The translations under genes were made by a program, and so were the position numbers. Shown here piece by piece: positions 39,526 to 49,674 of a stretch of 64,000 nucleotides of DNA; within the stretch, counting starts at the first letter, position 1, and every line of letters starts with the position of its first letter. The notes below the pieces were generated by a model, which was given only the letters and a program-made list of their open reading frames with translations, had not been told where the DNA came from and did not search any database. Source of the DNA: an uncultured Rickettsiales bacterium (GTDB lineage: Bacteria > Myxococcota_A > UBA796 > UBA9615); contig CAZBDA010000002.1 of NCBI GenBank assembly GCA_964490445.1, positions 6,078-70,077 on the forward strand, in the 5' to 3' direction.

Positions 39526-40975
39526 GCCCCGCGTCTGGTCCAGGCAACCGGCGCTGCTGGTGAGACAGCAATCGAAACGAAGCCGAGGACTCGAACCGCC
39601 ACAAGCAGAGAGCCAACCTGGCAAGGCTCCCAGAGCCGAAACTCAGTCGCCACCACCCCCGGGGCGCGTGGACCCGCCCCCGCTTCACATCCTCGCGGTC
39701 ATACACCTCGCTGTAGCCCTTGTCGGCATCGGCTTCGCCCCCCGTGCCAGTCGCGCTGGACCGGCGCGCCTGCCGCACGCTGTCGGGAACATCGGTGTAC
39801 GCCGGGTGAGGATCCAGGGGATACACGAAGGGTTCCTGCCCCGGTAGCGTCACAGAGAAGCTCGTCTCCCCGTCGCTCTCGATGACAATGTGACCATCCG
39901 CTACCCGCTGCGTCCGCCCGGTATGAGGGTGCTCCCCAGAGAACAGGAAACCATCGTCGTTCTTGGTTTGGAACACGTCGGAGCCCATGGGCCGACCCGA
40001 CCAGTAATCTTCCCAGCCGAGCAGGCGGTGCACGGTGTACTGGTTGGGGTGCTTGTGCCCACGCCCGCAGGAAATCACCGACACCTGCGGCATGATTCGC
40101 TGCAGGAAGGGATACGAACTCGACCATTGGCTTCCGTGGTGGTTGACCCGGTAGGCCTCCACCGGCCGCAGGTGCGGGAAGGTCGCGCCTTCGATGTTGT
40201 GGTACCAGGCACCCCAACTCTCGTGCAGATAGCCGCTCAGGTCTCCGCCCAGGTAGATGTCGAACTTCTTGTAATGCAGGACGAGCACCGCTGAAAAGTC
40301 ATTCTGGCTGGTACTGCTGACGTGTTCCTCCTTGACGACCCGCCCTCGCCCCTCGACCCTCGCCCCGACGGCGAGCACTTCGACCCAGACGTCCTTGCCC
40401 AGGTCGATCTGGCGGTCCGCGCCGAGTTGGTCGAAGGCCAAGGTCGAGCGCTTCACCTGGTTCTCCTCGATCCAGCGGCGATACGCCCGATCTCCCTGGC
40501 CTCCCGCGTCGTAGTTGATGCCAGTGTCCAGTAGGCGTCCGATGCGCACGTTCAGGGCATCCCAAAGGTAGAACAGGCCGGTCCACTCCCGACCCGTCGC
40601 CGCGCCAGTGTGGTCCTTGTGGTAGTGCGATGGGATCAGGTAGTCGACGTTCAAGACCGGTCGTCCCGATGGCCCATCGTCGAGATGACGTCGCAAGTAG
40701 GGTTCGATCACGTGACGAGCCTCGTTGCCCAGCTCGCCACTCTCTCCCGCGTCGTAGATCAAGACCTTGCGATCACCGCGAGCGTCCCTGGGACCCTCAA
40801 TGATCGTAGCGTCACCCTGCCCTACGTTGAGAACATGGATACGCAGAGTGTCTGGTGCGGGCCCCTGCTTCCGTGCACCGCTGACAAACAGCGACAACGT
40901 GGTGATCAGCAGCAGGCTGGCAGCCACCGCCAGGGAGCCCCTGGCCTGGCTCCCAGAAGCCGGGGATGCGCTCAC
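39509..40975 (-). CDS. metallo-beta-lactamase-fold hydrolase, ComEC/Rec2 C-terminal-domain-like (secreted)
   Basis: Signal/TM LAVAASLLLITTLSLFVSGA. MBL motifs IHVLNVGQGDATII, SHYHKDH, YRVNHHGS. The C-terminal ~60 codons of the stop-to-stop ORF may be non-coding. Confidence 0.65.
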   Translation of the reverse strand: MSASPASGSQARGSLAVAASLLLITTLSLFVSGARKQGPAPDTLRIHVLNVGQGDATIIEGPRDARGDRKVLIYDAGESGELGNEARHVIEPYLRRHLDDGPSGRPVLNVDYLIPSHYHKDHTGAATGREWTGLFYLWDALNVRIGRLLDTGINYDAGGQGDRAYRRWIEENQVKRSTLAFDQLGADRQIDLGKDVWVEVLAVGARVEGRGRVVKEEHVSSTSQNDFSAVLVLHYKKFDIYLGGDLSGYLHESWGAWYHNIEGATFPHLRPVEAYRVNHHGSQWSSSYPFLQRIMPQVSVISCGRGHKHPNQYTVHRLLGWEDYWSGRPMGSDVFQTKNDDGFLFSGEHPHTGRTQRVADGHIVIESDGETSFSVTLPGQEPFVYPLDPHPAYTDVPDSVRQARRSSATGTGGEADADKGYSEVYDREDVKRGRVHAPRGWWRLSFGSGSLARLALCLWRFESSASFRLLSHQQRRLPGPDAGLNPVV

Positions 40976-42951
40976 CGGACCCTCCTGCGTACGAGCGGCA
41001 ACGCGAACATCAACAGCATTCCGAGCCCAGCCGGGCCGAACTCCGAGGCTCCCCCGGAATCACAGCGACATCCCGGTCCCGAAGTCGGCAACTCGACCTG
41101 GCCGACAACGCAGGGCACAAGCTCGCCGGGGCTGCCGTAGTTGAACTCACCGTCGTCGGTCTGCATGGCGGGGATTTCCTGCTGAAGAGAAGCCTCGCAC
41201 CACTGGAAGGGATCTGCATTGTCGCGGCTCTCATCGGGTCCACTGTAATCGAACTGCATGGTCCGACCCTTGCGGTGGCCGGTCCGGGTCATGTCATAGC
41301 CAGCCGTGTCCACGACAAACTCTCCGCCAAAGCCATCGGGACAGAGTAGCGAGAGCGACTCCCTCGTGCTGTCTGTCAGGGAGATCGACGCGTAGGTGTA
41401 CTCCCCTGGTTGGCAGCCGACGGCTTCTGGATCCGTCGGGTCGTCGCCACTGAGCAGGCAGCCCTTGCTGAACACCACGGCCTGCCCCGCGGTGACTACT
41501 GGCTGGACGACTTCGTTGCCCAGGAAGGTCGCCTGGTTCTCAGCAACCAGGTCTCCTGCCTCATCAAAGCGCTCGCGAAGCAGCCGGCAACCACTCAGCT
41601 CGAAGTCTACGGTCCCCGGATTGTAGAGTTCGAACCACTCCGCAAACTGGGGCGCACCCTCGCCGCCATGCCGCTCTGGAGCCACCATCAACTCAGTAAA
41701 GACCAACTCGTCGACAGCTGGCCAGGCCCTGCTCTGACAGGCGCCCGGCTCACCGGGCGTCGCCAGGAACGTCAAGCCATCCGCGTGGGAAGACACCCAG
41801 TCTGGTGCCAGTGGCGGCAGGCACCAGTGACTGAAGTCGTCGTTGCTCCCGGCGTCCTCCGCCGTGCTGCTCAGGTTTACCGAACAGGAGCTACCCAGGC
41901 AGGCCGGCGCAAACTCGTCCCAGGCATAGGGAGCCGAGTCCACCGTCGCCTCAGCGCAAAGCAGGTGCACCCAGTGACTGCCCGAGTTGGCAAAAGACAG
42001 CCCGGAGTAGTTGTAGACCGCCGAGTACTGGGACGACCCGTCACCAGCGGTGGCAACGGTGCTTGCCGAGCTCTCGGAGAACAGGGCGTACTGACCCGAA
42101 ACGAGCGGCAGGGTGTTGCCCGGTGCATCGATCTCGTGAGTCGACCATTCCTCGGAGGTGAGATTGTCTGCCGTGATCTCGTCAAAAGGCCCTTCCCACA
42201 GGACACAGCCGTGCAGGTCACAGCCCGACTTCGACGTGACCAGCAACTCGAACCACTCGATGCTATCGCTGGTATCGGGTGGATCGATCATGAACTCCGT
42301 GAAGATCACATCGCCTGGATTGCAGCCCGGTTCGGTCGAGGCACACTGGTTGACGAGCCTCGGCGTCGACACCGACTCCAGGCCCAGCTCGTCATAGACA
42401 AAGGCCGTCGCTGGCGGCACACACCAGTTCTCGCTCCACTGGTCGTTGCCCTGTTCGGTCATGACCGCCGGGTCCAGGTTCACAGAACAGGTGCCGCTAC
42501 CTGCACCGGTGCAAGCAGCGGCGAAGACCCGGTCGTCGTAGGTCACATCGTCGATGACCGTACCGGTACCGCAGATCAGCTCCAGCGTCTGGGCTTCGCT
42601 GTCGTTCAACGTGATGGTGCTGTACACAAAATCCGAAACCTGCACGCAGACCTGGTCGGAGTCGAACACGACGCAATCGACGCCCTTGCTGAGCAGCGAG
42701 AACGAGCCAGGCGCCAGGCTAAGCCCCGTGAGCGCAACCTCGTCATTCTCTTCGCGCAACCTGCAGTCACTCAAATCTGCCGTAACGGTCGACGCGTTGT
42801 AGAGCTCAATCCACTCCGACGCAGCACCCGAGCGAACCAGCAATTCGCTGATCACGACGTCGCCAGGCTCGACAGCCTCGGCGCGGCCTGGAGCAAGGCA
42901 CACCAACAGCGATGCCATTGCGACACTCACCAGGGCTGGGATCCGCAACAT
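40972..42951 (-). CDS. secreted protein with three lamin-tail domains (LTD) and MYXO-CTERM-type tail
   Basis: Signal peptide. LTD-like segments VVISELLVRSGAASEWIELYN; VIFTEFMIDPPDTSDSIEWFELL; LVFTELMVAPE...AEWFELYNPG. Cys-rich. C-terminus PGCRCDSGG...GLGMLLMFALPLVRRRVR. 4-bp overlaps with both neighbouring genes. Confidence 0.6.
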   Translation of the reverse strand: MLRIPALVSVAMASLLVCLAPGRAEAVEPGDVVISELLVRSGAASEWIELYNASTVTADLSDCRLREENDEVALTGLSLAPGSFSLLSKGVDCVVFDSDQVCVQVSDFVYSTITLNDSEAQTLELICGTGTVIDDVTYDDRVFAAACTGAGSGTCSVNLDPAVMTEQGNDQWSENWCVPPATAFVYDELGLESVSTPRLVNQCASTEPGCNPGDVIFTEFMIDPPDTSDSIEWFELLVTSKSGCDLHGCVLWEGPFDEITADNLTSEEWSTHEIDAPGNTLPLVSGQYALFSESSASTVATAGDGSSQYSAVYNYSGLSFANSGSHWVHLLCAEATVDSAPYAWDEFAPACLGSSCSVNLSSTAEDAGSNDDFSHWCLPPLAPDWVSSHADGLTFLATPGEPGACQSRAWPAVDELVFTELMVAPERHGGEGAPQFAEWFELYNPGTVDFELSGCRLLRERFDEAGDLVAENQATFLGNEVVQPVVTAGQAVVFSKGCLLSGDDPTDPEAVGCQPGEYTYASISLTDSTRESLSLLCPDGFGGEFVVDTAGYDMTRTGHRKGRTMQFDYSGPDESRDNADPFQWCEASLQQEIPAMQTDDGEFNYGSPGELVPCVVGQVELPTSGPGCRCDSGGASEFGPAGLGMLLMFALPLVRRRVR

Positions 42952-45224
42952 CAGAATTTCACCCGCGCAGTAAACAGCAGCTCACCAAAGTGACGGAGGT
43001 CATAGTCGTCGGGACTGTACGTGCTGTCGGCGCCAAAGTCGCAGGTCTGTGGTGCATCGGGGAGATAGCGGCCGATTCTGCCGCGCAGGCGTAACTGGAC
43101 GCGCTCCTTTATGGACTGCTCCAGCTGCACATAGCCCTCCAAGCCCCGACTCCCCTTGCTGCCGCGGGTGTCGTCATCCTCGTAGCTGAAGCTGGCCACA
43201 ATCCGGGTGCTCGGGCTCGGCGCTACGCGCCCATGCACACGCAGGCGATGACTCTGCTGCATGACCAGTTCGCAGGCTCCGGACTCGGTGGCAACCTCCT
43301 TGCCCGTGTCCTCCCAGGTGTGGCTGTAGCGAACCACCAGGCTACCTCGACGAGGGTGCTGTAGCCGGATCGAGCCGCCCAGGCGAACGTGCTCACCGGC
43401 GCGCTCGTAGCTCTCCTCCTCCAGATCGAGTTCGTCATCTGCAGCGAGGCCAAAGACCAGGTCGTCGTCATAGGAGCCGCCGTAGCGCTGGTCGGGACCA
43501 CTCACAGCCAGGTTCTGGTTGACATACTCGGTGAACAGCCGCAGCTGCAGCCAGTCAATAGGCTTGCCCTTGAGACTGGCACGAAAGTTCAGGTCGGTGA
43601 CGTTGAACAGGATGTTGCGACTGAGATCGAAGCGGACGTTTGCCCGCAGTCGCTTGTCGGGCCGCACCGTTGCCGACAAACGCAGCCCCTGCTCGTTGCG
43701 CGCCGAGTTTCCTGCATAGCGATCAGCCGCCGCTTCGGCCCGCGTCATCGGGTTGCCGTAGCCGGTGTCGTAGTGCCGCAATGCGAGAGCTATCACGCCC
43801 CAGGAAGGCTCGAATTCCGCACGAATGAAAAACGCGTTCGCCGGAGACTCGGTAAGCCAGAGTCCCCATTCACCCTCGATATTGAACAGGCCGATGCCGA
43901 CCGATCCGTTGACACCGAGCGCGCCGAAGCCCGGCGCCGAGGGCCAGCGTTGACGAATCAGCAAGGTGTTCGGATCCTCAACCCCGGCCAGCACCGTGCG
44001 ATCGAGGAACGCCCCGTAGCCGGTCACACCGACGTGTGTGCGGCGATTGAAACGCGCGGTGAAATTGCCTCCCAGCAGGCCGACTCGAAACACGCTCGGG
44101 ATGGTCATGTAGCTGGCGCGCTTGCCATCCACCCACACCCGTGGCGACTCGACGTCTGCGGTCGCCGCGTCCAACTGCTGGCCCGCAGCGAGGCCGATGT
44201 AGCTGATGTACTGGTCATAGTTCCGGATCGACAGGAAGGCCGACATGTCGAATCGCACCTTGCCGGCTCTCAGCGCAGCAGTTCGAACCGCCGCACCCAT
44301 CAGTCCGTCGAACTCGCGGATGCGGTCCTCACCATGACCGATGCTGCGGCGCAGATAGAAGCCGTGCCGATCCCGGGCGCCGAGCGTGCTCATTACCAAG
44401 CCCTGGCCATAGTGGAGGTGGTACGAGCCGACGACCGCCTGGCCGGAGGGGCGAATGACCCGCGCATAGCCCATGTAGGGCCGGAACACCGGGGTGCCGT
44501 AGGCAGCGTAGATGTCGCCGGACCCCGGATCGTAAGCCGCCGCCTTGAGCCCCTCCTGGGCGACCCCCGCGACCCCGACGTCGATCCAGTTGAGGATTGA
44601 TACGGAAGTGCCGAGCGCAAACGCCGGCCACTTGTCATAGCCGAGCTGCGCTGCGCTGTGCCCGTAGGCTGGATAGTCATCAACAATCGGCCGGGCCACC
44701 TGGAAACCCTTCGCCATCAGGAAGTCCACCTGGCCCCGCACAGGCAGCCGCTTGTCTTTCCGGTGGTGGGCCAGGGAAAAGGACTCGATCTGGCTCTTGA
44801 TCTCCTGGGTGATGCCCTCGACCCGCGAGGCCAGATCGAGCAGCGACGCAAAGGGGCCGTCGGCTTCGCGGGCATCGACGACCGCCTGCGCCAGCAGCGG
44901 AGTGATCCCCGGCAGAGACACCAGGTCCGATGCTTCCGCGCGGTTGAGATCGACCGGAGCCTCGAGCAACCGCAGCAGCAGATCCAGCTCTTCGTCGTCG
45001 ATCAGCCCGTCATAGTAAAGCTGGCGTAGCTCGCCCTCGTCGGCGACCCGAATCTCCACCGAGAAGTCCCTCGCCTGCACCGGCACGGACACCAGCAGGG
45101 CACACGACAAGAGGCCCCACAACAGCCAGTAGCCCCGCTGCGGGCAACAACAAGCGGGGGACCGTGGTTGATCTCGGTCGTGGCACAGATCGGAATCGGG
45201 CTGCATGGAATCGTCTGGCATCAT
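42951..45224 (-). CDS. outer-membrane beta-barrel-like protein with N-terminal ComEA-type helix-hairpin-helix DNA-binding domain
   Basis: Signal peptide RGYWLLWGLLSCALLVSVPVQA. HhH motif LNRAEASDLVSLPGITPLLAQAVVDAREADGPFASLLDLASRVEGI. Long C-terminal region rich in alternating aromatic/Gly beta-strand patterns ending ...FTARVKF. Confidence 0.55.
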   Translation of the reverse strand: MMPDDSMQPDSDLCHDRDQPRSPACCCPQRGYWLLWGLLSCALLVSVPVQARDFSVEIRVADEGELRQLYYDGLIDDEELDLLLRLLEAPVDLNRAEASDLVSLPGITPLLAQAVVDAREADGPFASLLDLASRVEGITQEIKSQIESFSLAHHRKDKRLPVRGQVDFLMAKGFQVARPIVDDYPAYGHSAAQLGYDKWPAFALGTSVSILNWIDVGVAGVAQEGLKAAAYDPGSGDIYAAYGTPVFRPYMGYARVIRPSGQAVVGSYHLHYGQGLVMSTLGARDRHGFYLRRSIGHGEDRIREFDGLMGAAVRTAALRAGKVRFDMSAFLSIRNYDQYISYIGLAAGQQLDAATADVESPRVWVDGKRASYMTIPSVFRVGLLGGNFTARFNRRTHVGVTGYGAFLDRTVLAGVEDPNTLLIRQRWPSAPGFGALGVNGSVGIGLFNIEGEWGLWLTESPANAFFIRAEFEPSWGVIALALRHYDTGYGNPMTRAEAAADRYAGNSARNEQGLRLSATVRPDKRLRANVRFDLSRNILFNVTDLNFRASLKGKPIDWLQLRLFTEYVNQNLAVSGPDQRYGGSYDDDLVFGLAADDELDLEEESYERAGEHVRLGGSIRLQHPRRGSLVVRYSHTWEDTGKEVATESGACELVMQQSHRLRVHGRVAPSPSTRIVASFSYEDDDTRGSKGSRGLEGYVQLEQSIKERVQLRLRGRIGRYLPDAPQTCDFGADSTYSPDDYDLRHFGELLFTARVKF

Positions 45225-45272
45225 AGGCCACTGGCACCACGAACCAAACAAGCCGGAGGAGTACTCTGTTCG
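45225..45272. promoter_or_regulatory. short divergent intergenic region between the HhH-OMP operon (-) and the MBL lipoprotein gene (+)
   Basis: Only about 48 bp separate the two inferred start codons at 45224 (-) and 45273 (+). Confidence 0.3.
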
Positions 45273-46547
45273 ATGCAGAAGCCAGACACTCGCCACGCTG
45301 CTCTCTTCGCAACCAGCTTGATGGTCCTGCTACTGCTCGCGGCTTGCCCCCCCAGGCACGCTGCTACCGGCCTTGCATCGAGTGGCTCGACCGCCACCCA
45401 AAAGGGTGCGCAGGCCGACGCCGACCCCCTCGACACCGGCCTCTCGATTCACATCTTCACCCTGGCCCAGGCGGATTCACTACTGGTGCTCGGCCCCGCT
45501 CCGCAGCGGCGCTCCTTGCTCATCGACCTCGGCTCTACGCGCGGTGGTGACCGAAAAAACCACCTACGCGTCGCCGACCGAATCGAAGCACTCAGTGGGC
45601 GTCGCCAGGTCGACTACTTCCTTGTCTCCCACTTCCACGCTGACCATGTCGGCACTGCGGGCCGAGGCAAGGGCAAGCCCAGCGGAATGTTCGCACTGCT
45701 CGCGGACGACAACGAGGCGTTCAGGATCGGCACCTGGCTGGACCGCGGTGACAGCGGCGAAGAATTCGCCCCACGCACAAGACCGCACAAGGATCTGCTC
45801 GAACACATCGACGGCTGGCTGGGCTCGGGTCGCGTCGGCAAACGCGAAGTTCCTGCCATGGGAGTCGGCAGCATTGACCTGGGGCCGGGCGTAACCGTCG
45901 AAGTCCTCTCGCTGAACGGCAAGCGCAGCGACGGCGCGAGTGCCCTTGAGGAAATCGAAGCGAAACACCCGGGCAACTACGCGCAGGCGCCGGCCTCGGA
46001 GAATGATTTCTCCATCGCTCTGCTCATCCGTAGCGGTGAGTTCGAGTTCTTCACCGCCGGAGACCTGACGGGAGCTGCCTGGCCCGGCGCCGGCAAGGCC
46101 TATCCCGCGAGCACCCGGCGAACCTTCGGGCGCAAGTCCTCTACCTACACGAACGTCGAGTCCTGGCTTGTCCAGGACTGGCGCAACAACGGCCGGCAGT
46201 TGGACGTCGAAGTCTACCGCGCAAATCACCACGGCTCGGCCTATTCGTCCAACGAAGACCTGCTAGGGGAACTCGACCCGGAGTTCATCATCTACTCCTG
46301 CGGCGGCATGTACGGGCACCCTGCCCCCGAGGTCGTGCAGCGCGGCGCAAAGACAGCACGGCAACTTGTCACCTATGCTGCCTCGCTGAGTAGTTGGCCC
46401 AGCGGACTACCGGCACAACTGGCAACACTGGTCGGCGAGATCGCGATCCATGTGGCCAGCGATGGCCGGAACTACACCATTGCCGGCGAGTCGCAGCCGG
46501 CCTATAGCGACAACGACGAGGCCCAGGGCAAGGACCGCAGACCCTGA
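45273..46547 (+). CDS. metallo-beta-lactamase-fold hydrolase lipoprotein (ComEC-type MBL domain paralog)
   Basis: Lipobox LLLAAC|PP. MBL motifs IHIFTLAQADSLLV, SHFHADHVG, YRANHHGS. Paralogous to 39509..40975. Confidence 0.7.
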   Translation: MQKPDTRHAALFATSLMVLLLLAACPPRHAATGLASSGSTATQKGAQADADPLDTGLSIHIFTLAQADSLLVLGPAPQRRSLLIDLGSTRGGDRKNHLRVADRIEALSGRRQVDYFLVSHFHADHVGTAGRGKGKPSGMFALLADDNEAFRIGTWLDRGDSGEEFAPRTRPHKDLLEHIDGWLGSGRVGKREVPAMGVGSIDLGPGVTVEVLSLNGKRSDGASALEEIEAKHPGNYAQAPASENDFSIALLIRSGEFEFFTAGDLTGAAWPGAGKAYPASTRRTFGRKSSTYTNVESWLVQDWRNNGRQLDVEVYRANHHGSAYSSNEDLLGELDPEFIIYSCGGMYGHPAPEVVQRGAKTARQLVTYAASLSSWPSGLPAQLATLVGEIAIHVASDGRNYTIAGESQPAYSDNDEAQGKDRRP

Positions 46548-46558
46548 ACGGAGAGAAC

Positions 46559-47143
46559 ATGGCACGCACCCCTTCGACAATGATGCTCGACCTCGGCCAG
46601 AGCGCCCCCGACTTCCAGTTGACCGACACAGTCAGCGGCCGGCCCGTCTCCCTCGCAGAGCACGGCGGAGAGCGTGGTTCCCTGGTGATGTTCATCTGCA
46701 ACCACTGCCCCTTCGTAGTGCACATCCTCGAGGAGTTGCGCAACATGGACCGTGACTACCGTGGCAAAGGGGTCGAGCTCTTCGCCATCAGCGCGAACGA
46801 TGTCGCCAACTACCCGGACGATTCCCCCGACAAGATGCAGGCGATGGCCAACAGCCAGGGTTGGAGCTTTCCCTACCTGTACGACGAGAGCCAGGAAACT
46901 GCGAAGAGCTACGGGGCGGCATGTACGCCCGACTTCTTCCTGATCGACGGAAACGGCTGCCTGGTCTTCAGAGGCCGCATGGACGGCAGCAGCCCGGGCA
47001 ACGGCGTCCCGGTCACCGGCGCCGACCTGCGTGCAGCCCTGGACGCTCTAATCAGCGGCAGCCCAGTCCCCCCCGACCAGAAGCCCAGCCTCGGCTGCAA
47101 CATCAAGTGGAAGCCGGGCAACGAGCCGGCCTACTTCGGCTAG
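46559..47143 (+). CDS. thioredoxin-fold thiol-disulfide oxidoreductase (AhpC/TSA/redoxin-like)
   Basis: C.HCP motif (FICNHCPF). Redoxin fold of about 190 aa. Confidence 0.7.
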   Translation: MARTPSTMMLDLGQSAPDFQLTDTVSGRPVSLAEHGGERGSLVMFICNHCPFVVHILEELRNMDRDYRGKGVELFAISANDVANYPDDSPDKMQAMANSQGWSFPYLYDESQETAKSYGAACTPDFFLIDGNGCLVFRGRMDGSSPGNGVPVTGADLRAALDALISGSPVPPDQKPSLGCNIKWKPGNEPAYFG

Positions 47144-49674
47144 ATCGGAGCCGGCCCGGTTCCAGTCACCGGCACGCTCTGGGCAGCATTCAACTCGTCG
47201 ACCTGCAGGACCTGCGTAGAGGTCGTGTCGCGGACCCCATCCAGTGTGCCCCCAGAGCCGGTGTCGGGACCACTCTGGCCGCGGTTGTCAGCGATGTAGT
47301 TGCCCGTCACGCTCTGCCCGTACACCAGCCCCCAGTCCGCGTTGCCGGTGATGTTGTTGCCAACGATGTCACAGAGATTGGCAGCGATGCTGGTGGTCTG
47401 GATGCCTCGGAAACTGTTGTTGGCAATGTTGGAGCCGGTGATCGAAGACACGTCGTGTCCACTGAGCAGGACCCCGGTGTAACCACCATTGCTGATGGTG
47501 CTGGCTGAAATCGTTCCCGACTGAATGTTGACGCCGTAGCTGCTTGCCTTGTCGACAAGCGTGTTGCTGATCGTCGCCTGGCCCAGGATCACTGAAATCC
47601 CGTTGCTACCGGCGCTGGGCTGATCTCCCGCCTGGCTCTGGTCGACGACCTGGCTCTGGTCGACGCTCAGGTCACCGAGGTAGCTGTAGATCCCGTGCAG
47701 CGTGGAGTTGGCCACTGTGCTGTTGGATACGCTCAGCCCACCGTCATAGACATAGATTCCGTGCGAACCGCTCGCTACGACCGAAGTTGTCGTCACCTGC
47801 ACGCCGACACGGTAACCATAGATCCCGCCCAGACCAGAGCCGTCCACCGAGGAGCCCGTAACGACCAGGTTTCCGCCGCTGCTGTGCTTCACGCCGTAGT
47901 TGTAGCTGCCACTAATGGTGCAGGACGCGACGCTCAGCAACGGGCTCTGACGACCGCTGATGCCATCACTGCCGGCACCCTCGATGGTGCAATCGCTGAC
48001 CAGACCCTGTCCGTTGTAGACGTCGACCCCGGCAGCAAAGGAGTTGCGCACCTCCAACCCCTCGGCGCTGAGGTTTCCGCCAGAGACCAGCACACCTGTG
48101 CCGCCGACAGACTCAACCACTACTGAACCATCAGTGGACACGATCAGCGCGTTGCCATCGGTAACGGAGACCCCATGGGACGCCGTTCCCGTGATCGCGG
48201 TGTTGCTCAAGCTAAGGTCGCCTCCATCGCACGAGACCCCGATGCCGCCGGTGTCGGTGACCGCGAGCCCTACCGCCGTGATCCCACCCTCAGATGCAAC
48301 CACACCATGGCTATCGACACCCACGATCGAGACACCGCTGGTTCCTGCCTGGACCACCACGTCACCTCGATAAGTGCGCAGACCGTAGCCCCGCGCATCA
48401 CTGACTGTACTGTCCGCAATGGTCAAGGTGCCGTACTGGGCGTACACGCCGGAAGCCTCGACGTCGCTGATTGTGCTGCCGACCACGGTGACCGCACCGT
48501 TGTAGCTGTGGGCACCCGAACCACGGGCAGCAGTGATCGTGGTGGAGAGCACAGTCGCATCGCCATCGATCACGTAGATCCCGGTGCGACCAGAATCCTG
48601 AACGCTGCTGTTCTCGACCGTCAGCGGGCCCTCGGCGTAGATTCCGTAAGAGTCCGTATCGACCACAGTCGAGTCCCTGATCACACCACCTACCGGACCG
48701 ACCAGGATGCCGCTATCGCTGCAGGCACTGACCGCCAGGTTGTCTGCTTCGACACCGCCATAGGCGACTACGCAGTAGCTCTCACAATCGGTAAGGGTTG
48801 TGTCGCTTACAGCCAGGCTGGACGAACTGTCGGCGAAGATGCAGTTCCTGCCCGAGCCCTCGACCGTGGTGTCCCGCACCGTCACTTCGGCGTTGTAGAA
48901 CTCCAGGGAGTGATAGTCCGTATCGGTGACGGTAACCGTGTCGACCACCACGGTGTGCGGCACGCCTGCAGTGCCGGAGTGCACCGCGCGCTGCAGGTCG
49001 CTGAAGCTACTGCCGGTAACGTTGAGGACAGGCGCCTCGCCGCTACCGTCGAACTGGACGCCCCGGAACAGCCTCGAGAAGCTCGAGGAGATCACATCAA
49101 GCCGGTTCAGATCCCTCGCAACGACGCCCGTCTGGAAGTCTCGCTGACCATCGACGAAGCTGCAGTTGTCCACTAAGAACGGCGCGCTCCGGCTGCTGAC
49201 GGACAACGAAGCGTCGGAGAAGCTGCTACCGACGATCGAAGCCGAGGCGCCTCCTTCGAGGTACAAAGAGACCCCGGTAAAGCTGGCATTGTCGAGGTTG
49301 GAGAGATCCCCATCGCCGCCGACCGAGACACCGAAGTTGCCGACACTCAGCGTCGCAGCGTTGACGAAGGTGACCGGCTCTTCGGGGGTGCCGGCGAGGT
49401 CCAGCACGCCGTCGACGATCAGCCCGGTAGCCGGCAGGAACGACACCTCAACGCCAGCCTGGATGCGCAGCGTCACTCCAGCCGCCACGTACCAGACCCC
49501 GGAGACCAGCGTGTCCTCACTCCAGGTGAGATCCTGGTCCAGGGTGTAGACCGTCTCACCAGGAGCAGGCTCATCGGGCACTTCGGGCTCAGGAACCGGT
49601 TCGCCTTCCGGCGCATCATTGCAACCAAACAGGAGCAGCAGCACTAGCAAGAGAGACCATCGCTGGGACATCAC
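47140..49674 (-). CDS. right-handed parallel beta-helix repeat lipoprotein (pectate-lyase/NosD-like fold)
   Basis: Lipobox LLLFGC|ND. Dozens of ~22-aa PbH1-like repeats (..GI.V..G...V.N..V..) through 844 aa. Confidence 0.65.
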   Translation of the reverse strand: MMSQRWSLLLVLLLLFGCNDAPEGEPVPEPEVPDEPAPGETVYTLDQDLTWSEDTLVSGVWYVAAGVTLRIQAGVEVSFLPATGLIVDGVLDLAGTPEEPVTFVNAATLSVGNFGVSVGGDGDLSNLDNASFTGVSLYLEGGASASIVGSSFSDASLSVSSRSAPFLVDNCSFVDGQRDFQTGVVARDLNRLDVISSSFSRLFRGVQFDGSGEAPVLNVTGSSFSDLQRAVHSGTAGVPHTVVVDTVTVTDTDYHSLEFYNAEVTVRDTTVEGSGRNCIFADSSSSLAVSDTTLTDCESYCVVAYGGVEADNLAVSACSDSGILVGPVGGVIRDSTVVDTDSYGIYAEGPLTVENSSVQDSGRTGIYVIDGDATVLSTTITAARGSGAHSYNGAVTVVGSTISDVEASGVYAQYGTLTIADSTVSDARGYGLRTYRGDVVVQAGTSGVSIVGVDSHGVVASEGGITAVGLAVTDTGGIGVSCDGGDLSLSNTAITGTASHGVSVTDGNALIVSTDGSVVVESVGGTGVLVSGGNLSAEGLEVRNSFAAGVDVYNGQGLVSDCTIEGAGSDGISGRQSPLLSVASCTISGSYNYGVKHSSGGNLVVTGSSVDGSGLGGIYGYRVGVQVTTTSVVASGSHGIYVYDGGLSVSNSTVANSTLHGIYSYLGDLSVDQSQVVDQSQAGDQPSAGSNGISVILGQATISNTLVDKASSYGVNIQSGTISASTISNGGYTGVLLSGHDVSSITGSNIANNSFRGIQTTSIAANLCDIVGNNITGNADWGLVYGQSVTGNYIADNRGQSGPDTGSGGTLDGVRDTTSTQVLQVDELNAAQSVPVTGTGPAPI

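Noticed and set aside
39580-39600. The 11-mer GGTTCGAGTCC (a classic tRNA T-arm sequence) on the minus strand, near the convergent ends of the aminotransferase and MBL genes
   Set aside because: The flanking sequence does not form a T-stem, acceptor stem or anticodon arm. The downstream ACCA is separated from the putative T-arm by extra nucleotides, so no cloverleaf can be drawn. Treated as a chance match.
41410-44600. Long plus-strand ORFs (41410..42993 and 43389..44600) antisense to the LTD and HhH-OMP genes
   Set aside because: Shadow ORFs. Their translations are Arg/Gly/Val-rich without motifs, whereas the minus-strand genes show signal peptides and defined domains.
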